DNA of 64,000 nucleotides from SAR324 cluster bacterium (GTDB lineage Bacteria; SAR324; NAC60-12): NCBI GenBank assembly GCA_028281495.1, contig JANQJU010000095.1, positions 25,206 to 89,205 of the forward strand, read 5' to 3'. Shown piece by piece: positions 63,774 to 64,000 of this stretch (position 1 is its first letter; each line of letters starts with the position of its first letter). The notes under the pieces were generated by a model. It saw only the letters and a program-made list of their open reading frames with translations, ran no database searches and was not told where the DNA came from. The position numbers and the translations under genes were made by a program.

Positions 63774-64000
63774 TTGCTCATGGCTCTATAGTGTGCAACC
63801 GAATCAAAAAGAAGTTTATTTGATTTGCCCCAATGTATGAAACCACCCCCTCATCGAAACTCATGCCTCCAGAGACTTATGCTTTTCAATACTCTAATAA
63901 AACGTTATTGAAATACTTCACTCTGATATCCCGTTGTTTCCTAAGCTATCCTGATGCGAAAAACGCAAACCATCGTCCACCACGATGCCTCCAACCCCGT

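Overview
This looks like a bacterial chromosomal window. I found no rRNA, no intact tRNA and no CRISPR array. By eye, a mid-GC backbone is interrupted by several AT-rich accessory patches.

Left to right:
1. The last ~5.1 kb of a giant polymorphic-toxin-like ORF, open from base 1, with an EssD/YeeF-type nuclease module. It is followed by a MidA-like methyltransferase-TPR gene, a UPF0175/PIN-like toxin-antitoxin (TA) pair, and IS and reverse-transcriptase scars.
2. A four-gene vWA / XpaC-like / PBP-like / TelA-like envelope-stress operon.
3. An AT-rich island (~13.0-19.6 kb). It holds a DUF1778/GNAT (TacAT-type) TA pair, a transposase scar, and a two-gene operon of orphan proteins (421 aa and 1078 aa, the larger with a glycine-zipper membrane segment). 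CYTH and trpF pseudogenes sit at its right edge.
4. A BlaI / sensor-less M56 (BlaR1-like) / beta-lactamase-fold lipoprotein unit with two matching perfect operators; the lipoprotein has Cys in place of the SxxK serine. Next come a CPBP protease, a LytTR protein, and a decayed SDR gene joined by deletion to a 31-codon GNAT toxin stump whose DUF1778 antitoxin survives.
5. A sigma-54 activator convergent on a minus-strand run of STAND Ser/Thr kinase, FAD-oxidoreductase/ADC-like fusion, MACPF pore-former and GH30 glycosidase.
6. A metal-uptake cluster without an ATPase, a membrane-fused spermidine-synthase-like protein, an AraC/GyrI regulator, a serine hydrolase and a LamG protein.
7. A kptA gene truncated exactly at a tRNA-Arg 3' half. 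It is followed by a noncoding stretch with a circularly permuted, UUCG-capped tRNA body and an aberrant tRNA-Phe-like element, then an SPFH gene.
8. A pentapeptide-repeat/TIR protein divergent from a canonical type I-E cas3-cse1-cse2-cas7-cas5-cas6e operon. No cas1/cas2 or array follows within the window.

Most worth follow-up: the permuted tRNA-like locus, the orphan two-gene island operon, the MACPF-GH30 block, the BlaI-controlled Cys-variant hydrolase-fold protein, and the TIR protein next to cas3. All homology calls are from reading the translations by eye; no database search was run.
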